Of a DNA stretch of 64,000 nucleotides, positions 1-11,289 are shown piece after piece. The DNA lies in assembly GCA_024137785.1 (NCBI GenBank), contig JAHRHZ010000140.1, positions 31,684,071 through 31,748,070 on the forward strand, given 5' to 3'. This stretch comes from Ginglymostoma cirratum. Taxonomy: Eukaryota. A model generated the notes under the pieces. That model saw only the letters and a program-made list of their open reading frames with translations. It had not been told where the DNA came from and searched no databases. The number at the start of each line of letters is the position of its first letter. Positions within the stretch are counted from its first letter, which is position 1. A program made the position numbers and the translations under genes.

Positions 1-14
1 CAAGATTATGAGGA

Positions 15-110
15 GAGGATAGGTGGGTGGGTCTGAGTGGGATGCTCTTCAGAGTGTTGGTGCAGCCTTGTTGGGCCAAATGATCTGCTTCTGCACTGTA
101 GGGCTCTATG
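15..110 (+). mobile_element. CR1-type LINE 3' tail fragment
   Basis: gggatgctcttcag...ttgttgggccaaatg...ctgcactgtaggg resembles the conserved 3' end of shark CR1 LINEs. Confidence 0.65.
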
Positions 111-925
111 ACATCCTCTGGCAGCTCGCTTCATACACACACCACCCTCTGTATGAAAAAGTTGTTTCCCTCCACCTCCACCCCCCCTCCCCCATAGGTC
201 TTTTTTAAATCTTTCCCCTCTTTCATCAAACCTGTGCCGTCTAGTTTTGGACTCCCCTACCCTAGGAAAAAGACGTTGGCTATTCACCTTATGTATGCTC
301 CTCATGATTTTATGCGCTCAGTCTCCTATGCTCCAGGGAAAAAAGAGCCAGCTTCTCCTTATAACTGAAACCTTCCAGTCTTGGGAACATCCTTGTAAGT
401 ATTTTTTGCATCTTTTCTATAGGGGGTCAATCAGAATTCTATGCACTATTCCAAATATGGCCTTACTAATGTCTTGTACAGCTATAACATGATGTTCCAA
501 CTTTTGTAATCAAAGATCTGACCAATGAAGGCAAGAGTGGCAAATGCCTTCTTCACCACCCTGTCTGCCTCTGATGCCACTTTCAAGGAACTGTGTACTT
601 GCACTCCTAGGCCTCTCTGTTCGACAACACGTCCCAGGGCCCTACAACTAATTGTCTAAGTCCTGCCCTGGTTTGTCTTACCAAAATGCTACACTTCTCA
701 TTTATCTGCATTAAACCCCATCTGCCATTCCTCAGCCCACTGGCCCAGTTGGTCAAGATCCCATTGTACACCTTGATAAACTTCTTCACTGTCTATTATA
801 CCACCATTTTTAGTATCAAACTTATCAACCAGGCCTCGCACATTCTCTTTCAAATCGTTCATATAAATGATGAAGAACAATGGACCCAGCACCGATCCTT
901 GCATCACAATGCTGGTCACAGGCCA
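111..925 (-). mobile_element. CR1 LINE ORF2 (reverse transcriptase) fragment, degenerate
   Basis: ORF 698..955(-) contains PVTS..QGSVLGPLFFIIYMNDL...DTK..G...WDLDQLGQWAEEWQMGFNADK. Closely similar to 14040-16120. Confidence 0.9.
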
Positions 926-929
926 TAAT

Positions 930-1692
930 AATTGAGATAAAGATTTGTAATACATTATTTAAGAGATCAGAAAGTCAGCTTTGAACAGCGAGTTCAAATA
1001 TTTCCAAGAAAGCTGTGATTTAGATTAAGTGACTCCAGTAAGTATCTGCACAGTTAATTGCTGAACGTTTAAAAAGTGGAACTTTTACGACTACAAAATG
1101 ACATATGCTCAGAGGCCAGAATCAGGTTTCAGTTCAGAAGTTGTTTCATACCGGTAGCTAGTTTGTGAGGACTTCAGTTTGGAAAAAAAGCTTTTAGTTC
1201 ATTTAGCAATCAAAAGAAAGGGCTGGAAAAGACTGAGTTTCAGTGGAAAGTGACAGTAAGTTAATCTATATTTTTCTGTCTCATGGAGAAACACTAACAT
1301 AAAGAATCTTATCTAGTGATTGAATAGAAAGGTCAAAAGGAAATGCTGTCAATTTTGTCAGTTGAGAAATTAAAGAGTTAAGATAAGAATGATACTATGC
1401 TGGGATTGAATGACTGTAAAGGATTTTCTCGGAAAAAAGCGTTGAATTTTTGTTTTTGTTGTTAAGACATTTCAAAATTGCCTTAAATATCCATGCGTTT
1501 TCTTCTTTTCTTCGATAAACTTGTGTTAAACTTAATGTTCGTTTTTAAAAAAATTGCAGCAGCATGTGAATACATTAAATGATTGATGACCATGGTAAGC
1601 GAATTTCAAAAATAAAAGTTACGATCTATTCAGCCAGGTTTCACTCTGAGATCTGACTGGCCGAGTATTTCTATCAGCTGGGAATATGACCA
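930..1692 (+). mobile_element. 5' LTR of a Gypsy (Gmr1-like) retrotransposon
   Basis: The 3' part (1490-1692) is the reverse-complement homologue of 7195-7370. It is followed by a degenerate tRNA-Pro-like PBS (1693-1710) and a gag-like region. The left end is uncertain. Confidence 0.65.
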
Positions 1693-1816
1693 GTTTGGCT
1701 TATACAGGATCAGAGTTTGTTTACTTTAAGAGGGATTCTTTTTAAGGAAATAATTATGTGGAGGTACTGGACTGAAAACAGGCGTTGTTGTGAGGTGCAT
1801 TGGTTGGACCTTCAAA

Positions 1817-3560
1817 ATGAATTTGAATATTGCCAAGACTTATCTGGAAGTAGAAGACATAACTGTAGATTATTTGAAATATATGACTAAGGCTAAACTA
1901 AGAAAGTTGGCAGATAAATTGAAGGTAGAAATAAAAGCAGAATCTCAGAGGGACAAGATGGTTAAAATGATTTCTCAGCACTTAGAATTAATACGGTACC
2001 TGGAGCTTGATGTTTTACCAGTAGCTTTAACTTTGATTCAGTAGAAATGAAAAAGAAATTTGACATGGAGGAGGTGAAATGCAGAAAATTGAAATAGAGA
2101 ATGAAAAGGAAAATGAACTGGAGAATAGAAAGTTTGAACTAGAGAGGAGAAATATAACAAAGGGCAATGGAAAGGCAAGCAGAATTTTATAAGCTTGAAA
2201 GCTTCTTCAAAAAGAAAGTGAGAATTCAGAGATCATGACTTAGAGAGAGAAAAAATTATAGTAAACGCAGAAAGAACAGGTAATAGCTTCAGAGGATAAT
2301 TCTGATCCAAATGAGGGATTCAGTTTAACTAGAAGTCTGCATTTTGTCTCTAAATATAGAAAATGGATTGGAAAAAAAAAATCACCTCATTTGAAAAGCT
2401 TCCTGAGAAGCTGAGTGGCCAAAAAATGTTTGGATCTTAATTTCACAGAGTGTCTTGAAAGATACGGCTACATGAATGTGCCCACCAGTTTGTCAGAAGA
2501 ACAATTTGCAGACTATGAAACTTGATTTTAAAAAAACTCAATGCTTTCTGCAGAAGTTTACCAATTAAAATTCAAGACTTTAGTAGAGAAATGTAATCAG
2601 TTGTTTGTAGAATTTGCAAGAGATAAATAGATATTATGGGATCAATGGTTTCTGTCACTGAGGTTAGAGAAAAGTTTTGAGAATGTTAGAAATTATGATG
2701 TTGGAAGAATTCCAGAATAGTATTCTGGTAACTTGTAAAATTAATGTCAATCCATGAAGCAGCAGTTCTGATAGATCCATATGATACCCTATATAGAAAG
2801 GAAATGGATGTAGGAATTAACGAGAAAATTGGGGGAATAGGAAATCTGGGGATAGAATATATCTTAGTTCAGGGAATAAATAGAAGGACACCAAAATAAT
2901 AAAGCAGAAGGCCTAGAACGTGGCAGTGATATAAAGAAAATAATCTGCTTCCTTCGTAATAAGTTGGATGTTTTAAACCAAATGACCTTGGGCAGGTCAA
3001 GAAGGGAGCTCACCACAACCTTCTCAAGGGTGTCTAGAAATGGGAAACAGCAATGTGGATATTCCATAAATGAATTTTTTAAAAAATTAAAGTCAAATGC
3101 TGAAATATGAAAGGGAGACCAACTGCAGTCATAGGAATATTTTAGAAATCCTCAGAAAAGAGTGCAGTACTTTCAGCAGTACACATGGCGCATGTTTGCT
3201 TAGAACCGACTAGAAAGAAAGAAATGACTCAGGATTGTCAAGGAAATTCTTGGATTCTTGGTAAAGAAAATCAGACCACTGGAGGTGCTGAATATTTTAT
3301 TTCAAAGGGAAATGCATTTTCTTGTTCTCATAATTAGAAAAAAATTGGCCCCATTATACAGATTTGACTTAAAGGGTGATCTAGTGAAAAGAGTGGTTAT
3401 GGTGCATGCAGTCCATCAAATCCCTAAGGGAGGAATTGAATTTTTCACAGGGAATGACCCCGCTCCTCCAAAAGTATTTGCCTCACCAAGTGGAGCAACC
3501 AATAGAAGGAAAAGAAACAGATGTCACTGGAGGAACTTCAGACTACAAGAACTTCTGATC
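1817..3560 (+). pseudogene. Degenerate Gmr1-like Gypsy gag-pro (coiled coil, SCAN-like capsid domain, zinc-knuckle remnant, aspartic protease remnant)
   Basis: Starts MNLNIAKTYLEVEDITV...KAKLRKLADKL. About 2550-2725 reads EVYQLKFKTL..KCNQLFVEFARDK*ILWDQWF...MLEEFQNSI (SCAN-like). About 3350-3490 reads LKGDLVKRVVMV..IPKGGIEFFTGND..KVFASP (protease C-terminal half). Many stops and frameshifts. Confidence 0.8.
2980..3086 (+). mobile_element. Short 3'-end insertion of the CR1/L2-like LINE family, interrupting the Gypsy zinc-knuckle region
   Basis: gctcaccacaaccttctcaagggtgtctagaaatggg...ataaatgaattttttaaaaaa matches the 3' end at 33470-33557. Confidence 0.7.
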
Positions 3561-3594
3561 GAAAGTCCACTACTTAAAGCAGGAGGACAGGTGT

Positions 3595-3720
3595 ACAATA
3601 TGGCTACCACGTTACCTACAACACAATGGTAACTGTGCTCCAGAACAGACTTCATTGGCTGTAAAGCACTTTGCAACAACCTGACATCAGTCATTAAATG
3701 CAAGATTTTATTTCTCTTTC
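3595..3720 (+). mobile_element. Deu/SacSINE1-like SINE 3' portion
   Basis: tggctacc..ttacctaca...acttcattggctgtaaagcactttg...aaatgcaag resembles the DeuSINE-type 3' tail. A second copy lies on the - strand at about 36490-36560. Confidence 0.6.
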
Positions 3721-4891
3721 TTCTTGTTTTTTAGTGTAGATCCCTTAGTATTTTTTTCTCATGTCTTGTATTTTTATGCCATACAGCAAGTTGACTGAGA
3801 AGGTCTTGTTTTTACAATTAGCTGAGAAGAGATGAAATTGTTTTGCTGTTTTTCTCTCCTTATTTGATTGTAATAGATGTGTTTAAAAGTTAGGAGAGGA
3901 ATGTGTCAATCTGTATTTATCTGGTTACATGCTGCTGGTAAGGATTAGTCAAAGAGGTTTTCTTGGCTAAAAAACAAAGTAGCAGGTCAAATTTACTGTT
4001 TCTGAAACTAAGCCAGGGTAAAAACATTAAAAGATTAACATGATCCCAAACTGCAAAGCATACATTTGAAATCCATGCACACAATTACAGATTGAATGTG
4101 GAGCTTGTTAAATTTCACCAAATACTACATCATGAGAAATAAAAGAGTGAATTTGAATGCCCATTTTTCTCCTAGAAACGTTGCTACAGAAATGTAGGAA
4201 CATTTCCAGTTGAATTTTCTGCCTGCTTGTAAGAATGTAGACAGAGGTTAAGACTCAGCAAACTCCAGGTTTAGCTGCTGGGTTTGAGGGAGAGAGAGGC
4301 AACATTTTCTTTTTCTCCTTCCTCCTGTTACATTTTGCCTATCAAAATCCACACCCAAAGCTTGGTTCATCTAACTCTATCAGAGGTTCAAAAATCTGTA
4401 GTATACTCCAAAAGATAGATTTAATTAGTCATGTCTGAACAGCTTCTCAGCCCTGATTTTGTGGTCCCAGGTGATTACCTTGTTGCATGCTTTGAGTTTC
4501 CATTTTTGATAAGGTAGGAAAGAAGTGCTAGCACCCCTCCAGGGTGTTGTATGTTGTTTCTGGCAGTCTTCCTAGACCCTGAGCCTCCATGGTTGGGAAA
4601 GTGGCTTAATGATGCACATTGGCAGCCATTTGAATATGGGCTGGTGTCCCTTTGTTTCAGTAAAATGCTTTCTCTTTTAAATAAAAGTCTGAAATGTGAA
4701 TGTAGCCGATTAAATATCAAATTAATATTTGATACATCACATCTCGGTGGCCAAATCTGCCAATTTTTTTCTTACCTGTAACATTACAAATGTCATTCAA
4801 CTCTTTATAAAATTAGAAAACATGTCTGTATTCTTGCCCTTTACCTTCATTCTCTGCTTTGGTCATCGTAAAATAGGTCTGTACTACATCA

Positions 4892-4975
4892 TTCTGGCAA
4901 AGGGTCTTCACCCAAAACATTTAACCTCTCTATCCACTTTCAAATGTCAATATACCTGCATATTTTCTGGTGCTT
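4892..4975 (+). mobile_element. Degenerate copy of the hammerhead-core mini-element
   Basis: ctggcaa-agggt-cttc-accc-aaaac followed by a decayed family body. Confidence 0.45.
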
Positions 4976-5729
4976 TATAATTGACCATTTTTAATTGCTT
5001 TGTTTGGCAAAGCCTTTATTTGGAGTAGTTTATTGACTTCATCCCATGTTTGGTGAAGGCCTCATTAGTCACAGTCGGTTGTGTTTTAAATTCTATCAAA
5101 TTAAAGACTGAAGCCCATAGCTGCCTTATGATACTATAATGTGGCCATTGTTACACCATAGAGTGATATAATTTTAAAAATCTGTGAAATTTGCAATCCT
5201 TTCTAAAAAGACAAGCAAGTATATAGAGAATAAAAAATGAGCGAGATTATGAAAAATGCATGAGATTATGAATATGGTACTTCTCTATTAAAGCAAAGGC
5301 CGGGTATGTGGCAAAGCAGTTGCATATCAAGGAGTCAAGATGAAGTTTCACACCACAAGAGCGAAATTTGAAACTCAGTCCTGCTTTTTCACTTCTGAAG
5401 CTGGAGATGGTGGGGGATGGGTAGTTCTTTTTATCAATAGCAGATGTCTTGACAAACTGAGAAAGATGTCATGTTCCAGTGATGCAGGCATTTAGTTTGA
5501 ATTCCTATACTGTAAAATCACATGGCTTGAACAGCATATTTTATTGTATATGACAGTGGAATGTTAAGATTTTTATAAATCACTGTTTATAATGTTGTTA
5601 CACATTTATGATGTTTTAATTATGACATAAATAAGAACAAAAATTGAGCCATTTATAGTGATCACAACTTAAGAGCCTAGATGTCCAGAACCTTGCATTT
5701 AAAGCAGGTAGCAGATGAATAGGAGCAAT

Positions 5730-5965
5730 ACCAACTTCCAGACCTTACAACATCCTGACTTGGAAATGGATTGCTTTTGCTTCCTCATTTCTGGATCAAC
5801 ATCTTTGTCCTTCCCTCCCTAAGAGCTATCTGGGCATGCCTCTGCCAAATCAATTGAATTACTTCAAGAATGAACCGCAGCACCATTTTCCCAATGGTAA
5901 TTAGGGATCGATAATAAATGCTGGGCCTTGCTGGTGCTGACCATATGCTGTAAATGATTTTTTTG
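5730..5965 (+). mobile_element. CR1/L2-like LINE 3' end
   Basis: catcctgacttggaaat...taattagggat..taataaatgctgggccttgc, homologous to 33300-33557. Confidence 0.75.
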
Positions 5966-6078
5966 ATATAAATGAAAATGTCATTCATTGTAAAAGTATA
6001 ATGGAAATATCGGAATGTGTGATTATTATAGCTATTTACGTAAATGGTGATGCAAAATAACTCATAAATTAGGAGCAA

Positions 6079-6175
6079 GATAACAAGCTTGGGGCTGGAT
6101 GAACACAGCAGGTCAAGCAGCATCATAGGAGCAGGAAAACTTGACGTTTCGGGCCTAGATCCTTCATCAGAAACC
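6079..6175 (-). mobile_element. Penelope-derived mini-element (about 97 bp) with hammerhead core and 12-bp TSD
   Basis: TSD AATTAGGAGCAA at 6067-6078 and 6176-6187. The minus strand reads CTGATGA-AGGATCTAGGCCC-GAAACGTC (core about 6143-6170). Confidence 0.85.
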
Positions 6176-7194
6176 AATTAGGAGCAAATTTGGTTATGGT
6201 CAGCATTGCCAATGCGAGCTCATTAACGCCAAGTTGATGAATGTATTTCACAAGTGGCCAAGCACACAAGTACTCCCATCATTGGTAAGATCTCGATCTA
6301 GAAATTCAGTCACGGGGAGAGAGTCAATGACGGGACTTTGGGGGATGCTGGAGTGCAGGGGACGGTAGGAAGTAGAACAAGCATTGGGAGAGGGGAGGGA
6401 GTGCGAGCAAAGGAAAATTGCTTTTGGGAAATGGAAGTTTCAGGTGGGACAATGAGGACAGCAATTGGAGGGAATGATTAAAAGCAACTACTTTTAGCTT
6501 ATGTACATGTGCAACTGATCTCCCTTCTTGGAGGTTTAGAAGGCTAGTTGACTCCTAAAAGCTCTTGCTGCACAACTAAATATCTAGACCATGGTTTTTG
6601 TTGTATTGGCTCCTAGTGGATTCTAGACAGGAGCTACTCTATTTATTCTGTCTTCACAAACATTGTTTTGAATCTAAACATAAGCAGAGATCAAGTGTAC
6701 TTTGGAGGCGCCAAATGATAAAGGTTTGTTGGTCCATTTAATCTCCTCTTGCCAAGTTAACAAACCTTCATTCCTCCAATTACACCATCTGTTGTTTCTT
6801 AAATAAGGCCAGAGTTCTGCCATGCCATACCAATCAATAGTGTCCTCAATAAGTAGTATCTCCTGACATAAGCTCATTCATTTTTTTTAAAAGGTGGGTT
6901 TGTTGGCATTTGTGAGAAGAAAATTAGGTTATTGTTTTGTTTCTAAAATATCTAAATAGTCTAACATTTGATTTTTGTAGATGTTGAACAGCTTGCTGCA
7001 TGTTTCTAGCTTTTGCTTATTTTTCTTTTTTGACATCTGCCCTTTACAACCTTCTGAACAGCAAAGTTGCTATTTATATGAATACAACAGTGCTTGCTAG
7101 ATTGTATCTTTTGTCAAGAGAACAAATGTAGTACATTTCGGCAAATGTTTGCAATAATTGATCTTCCTGTATAATATCATCATACTATATCCAT

Positions 7195-8031
7195 TGTTAT
7201 GATCACAGCTGGTTGTACTACAGGACAAGTCTGAACTCAGAACGAAATCTGGCTTGACAGATTTTTTGTTTTATTCTTGTTAATGGTCAGTAACTGAAAC
7301 ATAATCATATGAGTTTGCAATTTTTTTTAACAATAGAACAGAAGAACACAAAAGAAGAAAGGCATGTAAAAAGCTATGTAAGTATAGCTTTACACATAGC
7401 TATGTAAAGATCCTAAAGTACACAGCGAAATAAAGTTTCAGCTTGTTTCCTGACACTGTCCATGACAGAGGCTCAAACCCAAGAAATTGCTCCTCTATAT
7501 CAAATCTTGAAGTTCTAATTTCTTGTCAACTACAGAGTCTTACATACTCAAAACTGAGAGTTTAAATTTTCTCAGCTTTTAGTAACTTGTGGATTTCCAA
7601 AAAAGCAGAATTAATTTGAAAGTTACACCAATTAAATCTTTCTGCAGTGATTTTGCTTTCCATGAACTGCTCTATGTTCCTGTATGAAGAGAAAATTAAA
7701 TTTGCAGAGGCCCAGTCAGGCCTCTTCCAAACTGTCCTAAAACATTCAGTCTCTGGTTTTTCTAGACTAAGACCAATTTTTGATTATTCTAAACTGAAAA
7801 CAAGCAAATGACTTTTCATGTTTATTCTACCTGTTGTAAAACCCGACAGTACAAGTATTTTTCATTTACACTCTTGGGGATATTCTGTCACCTGGTCTGT
7901 AACCTTTCTTCAAAAAAAACCCTTGATAAAAGTAACCAACTTCATATGCCACTAGATTGAAATCCAAATTGTCAAAACGATATTAATACGCACACATATC
8001 AATTATATATCTTTTTAAACACCATTTCACA
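7195..8031 (-). mobile_element. Solo LTR of the same Gypsy family as 930-1692
   Basis: Starts TGTTATGATCACAGCTG and aligns by eye to the reverse complement of 1490-1692. Ends ...tttcaCA near 8031; no clean TSD seen. Confidence 0.65.
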
Positions 8032-8264
8032 ATGAACAATATTAAAATGATGTGGAAAAGCTAAAGCCAATAACGTAAGCACATTTCTTCATGGGAGGTT
8101 ATCAATAATTTAGACAAAATGTTGATAACTCTGTGACACGCCCTATTTAGTGAAGTGATTACTTTGCTCATTAATAATGAAGTGGGGTTCAGATGAATCT
8201 GAGGTTACCTAACTGAGATACACAAGATCTAGCGTCTGTAAGTGTTCATGTAAGAGGCTTAAAA

Positions 8265-8553
8265 GGGTCGGCACTAAGATTTTGCTTCCTCTGCTGGCCA
8301 ATCTGGAACATGGTGGCCCATTTCATGATAAGTGAAATTAGGGCTGAGATGGCATGTATTTCCATCACTCAGGTTTGTGAATCTTTGGAATTCTCAACCC
8401 TAGATAGTTGTGAAGGCTCCACCATTCAAAATATTTAAGACTGAGTATGGTAGATTTTAGGGAATAGTGGGAAAGTAGAGTAAGCCTGAAGGTCAGCTGT
8501 GATCATACTGAATTGCGGAGCAGAACTCAGTGGGCCATTTGACTATTTCTACT
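8265..8553 (+). mobile_element. CR1 LINE 3' fragment
   Basis: gggctgagatg...gtgaatctttggaattctc...cagctgtgatcatactgaattgcggagcag...gggccatttgactatttct is a typical CR1 3' end. Confidence 0.75.
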
Positions 8554-8651
8554 AAGATAACAAGGTGTGGAGCTGGATGAACACAGCAGGCCAAGCAGCA
8601 TCAGAGGAGCAGGAAGGCTGATGTTTCGGGCCTAGACCCTTCTTCAGAAAA
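8554..8651 (-). mobile_element. Penelope-derived mini-element (98 bp) with hammerhead core and 13-bp TSD
   Basis: Perfect TSD GACTATTTCTACT at 8541-8553 and 8652-8664. The minus strand reads CTGAAGA-AGGGTCTAGGCCC-GAAACATC. Near-identical to 6079-6175. Confidence 0.87.
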
Positions 8652-8749
8652 GACTATTTCTACTCTTATTTTCTGTATCAATGCATGTGCACAAGCATTT
8701 GGGAGTTGTTGTAAGATGTCTGAAAAGTGTTCTATACTCTATTCTTCAG

Positions 8750-8889
8750 CTACCTTCACCTGCAATGTGTTGATGACCCTACTGAATGATGTGAAATTTG
8801 GAGAAATGGCCTCATACAAGGAACTAGCAGCAATGGCAGGCAATTCAAAAGCAGCGAGAGCTGTAGGAGGAGCCATGATAGCGAACCCT
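8750..8889 (+). CDS. MGMT: MGMT internal coding exon (equivalent to the 140-bp penultimate exon of human MGMT; DNA-binding helix-turn-helix)
   Basis: Acceptor ttcttcAG at 8748-8749 and donor GTAAGT from 8890; length 140 bp, phase 1 to phase 0. Translates to (A)[46 protein letters not shown], matching human [47 protein letters not shown]. Confidence 0.96.
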
Positions 8890-11289
8890 GTAAGTTGATT
8901 TCAGTAGCTGAAATAATGAGAAACATTGATACCAATAATTGAATTGTCATATTTTGTGCCACACCATCTTGCTTACTGAAATAGTGTCATTATAGTCACA
9001 AGTTCCAATCATTGAGAAGTTGTATTTTAAGCATTTTTAAGAAACTATTTGTCATCTAGATCCAAAGACTTATTGAAAATGTGCGCTGTTGGAAACAAAC
9101 TATTCCATTTTGGGAAATTTTAGATGCACTGCCCACTATCTGCTGTTCATTATAATTCATGTTACATATTTGTTGTGAGCTTGTTCATGACACGTGCTCC
9201 GAATGGTGAAACTCTCTGCTGAACGCTCACCTTACTAAAATTTATCTTTGTGCCACCTGCTATTGTCCATGCAATGGTCGAAAAATGGAAAAAGATAATT
9301 TTTCAAATTTGTGTGTGAGGCACTATTTATGTTGCACGGTAATTAAAATGTATATATGAATTCCTCCATTGACCCAGTGGTGACCATGTTTCAAAATTGA
9401 AACACACAAAATGGAAGCGTTCAATTCTGTGTCTGTGCTGAGATGGCTATCCCGGTCAGACTGGCATTTATTGCAAACTCCTCCATGCCCTGGTGAAGGG
9501 AATGAAAAATCAGTCTTTGTCCTCCTCCTTTTTTCTGGCTGCTTCTACAAAGTGTGCATGCATGTTTACCAGAATCTGACCAGGTATGATTCCTGCCAGG
9601 AATAGCCATATAGGTAAAGCTCACTTGTACACAGGCACACATAACTACTTAATGGCTTACAGTTGGCTGCTTAGAGTTATATTGTAACAGAAGCAATGTC
9701 TTCTGAAGAAAGGGAAGAGAAACGGAGAGAAAGAGTTACCGCAAAACAATAAGTACAAGCAGACAGATGCTGTTTTCAATGAAGAGAGTCTATTCTCAAC
9801 CTGCGGGCATGAACCTCAATAGCCAGACTGCACAAATTTCCCATACACACACTACTGCTCTTTGTCCATTTAGGTCTCCCAGTGCTGTTTCCCACTGGGA
9901 GAACATAATTACTCACCTCTGTTATCTTGTTTATTTTCAAAAGAGCTTGATATGAGAGCCAAAAATATTACCATCAGTTGTGAGTCCACAATAACCAGCA
10001 TACCATTCCACAAATAAATGTTTCACCTACCTCTCTGCTTGTGCAGACAGAAAGCTGTTTCTTACTCTACTTTTTTTTAAACCAGCTTTTTTTAGTCAGT
10101 TCCTGCTTAGCAGCCAAAGAAAGATTGAAGGAAAACTGCATGAGAGAGGCTGAAGATGGTAGTAATATTTTCTCCGCAACCTCACAGCTCATGAAACTGC
10201 TTTAGTACAGAGCATATGAAAGTGGTCATCATATTCATCCAATGAATCCAATATTTGATTCTGTACGAAGGTGCTGGATGGGAGACTGCTCTGTAGTTAT
10301 AGTCAATGGCACTCTGTAATCAGATGACACAAAGTGTACTTCTGTCAGGCTGGATTAGTCCCAGTAGCTTTACCTCACCATCCCTGTACCCCCAGTGCAG
10401 CCTTGCATAAAAACATAGTACTCTATTCAGAAGCCTAACGGACAGAAGCCTGATGGATAACTTGCAAAGGTTCCTATTGAGGGAAAGGAAGTTGCAGCAT
10501 CTGTTAAGTCACGTCTTCAACCCAACAGCACTGCAGTTGGAATTTCAAGGTTTAACTGTGAGATCTACTGAGCTAACCTTGTATAATTAAGTCTTTCAAA
10601 CTAGAAATGTTTGAAACTGTGTGTGTTTGTTCTATTTTGTGCCACAACACTTTTCTGTACTCAAGCAGTTTATTGTGCTATTGTATTATTGTTTTGTGAA
10701 GGAAATAGAAAGACCCTCTTTAAAATATTTTGTAAACTGAAAATAATGGCATTTCAAAGAGGACACTGATGTCATGTCTGCGAATGCCTTCCTCAATGTG
10801 TGCTATGAGCCACAAATTGTTCAACTATTGCTCAACGCAGGCAAAAAATTGCATTGCATCTGAACAGAGAAAAGGCAGATAAATGTTAGGCATCTCTCAA
10901 AGTATCTTTAGTTTGTTTGTTCTCAATATCTTCAGTTTCTATTTTTTAATTTCCAGGATCACAATCTTTTGCTGGAATAATAGAAATTTCAAGGCAGAAG
11001 GCGCCATTTGGCCATTATGTCTGCAGCAGTCCCCACAGGAGCTATCTATGTTAATCCCATTCCGCTGCTTTTTCCCAAGCATCCTTTCATATTTTTATGT
11101 TGAAGTTCACATTTAATTCTCCAGTGAATGTTGTGATTAACACCAGCCATTCGCTACTTATGATGAAACATTACATTTAAAATTAGTGTGTATTGTAGCC
11201 ATTTTTCCAGGTGTAAAATGTGCACTGAACATCACCAGTAGTAGAACATTCTGCATCCTATTTGGCCCCTGGAGTTTTCTCTACCAATC

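Noticed and set aside
1-925. Twin-priming inversion of one CR1
   Set aside because: The + strand tail and - strand body are joined tail-to-tail, which is not the twin-priming geometry. More likely two insertions or a later rearrangement.
7371-7410. Short palindrome/duplication (aagctatgta...acatagctatgt)
   Set aside because: Lies within a solo LTR; a local duplication with no evidence of function.
8716-8898. ORF-track 60-aa ORF as a standalone gene
   Set aside because: It is the MGMT exon plus intronic flanks; splice sites at 8749/8750 and 8889/8890 define the real coding part.
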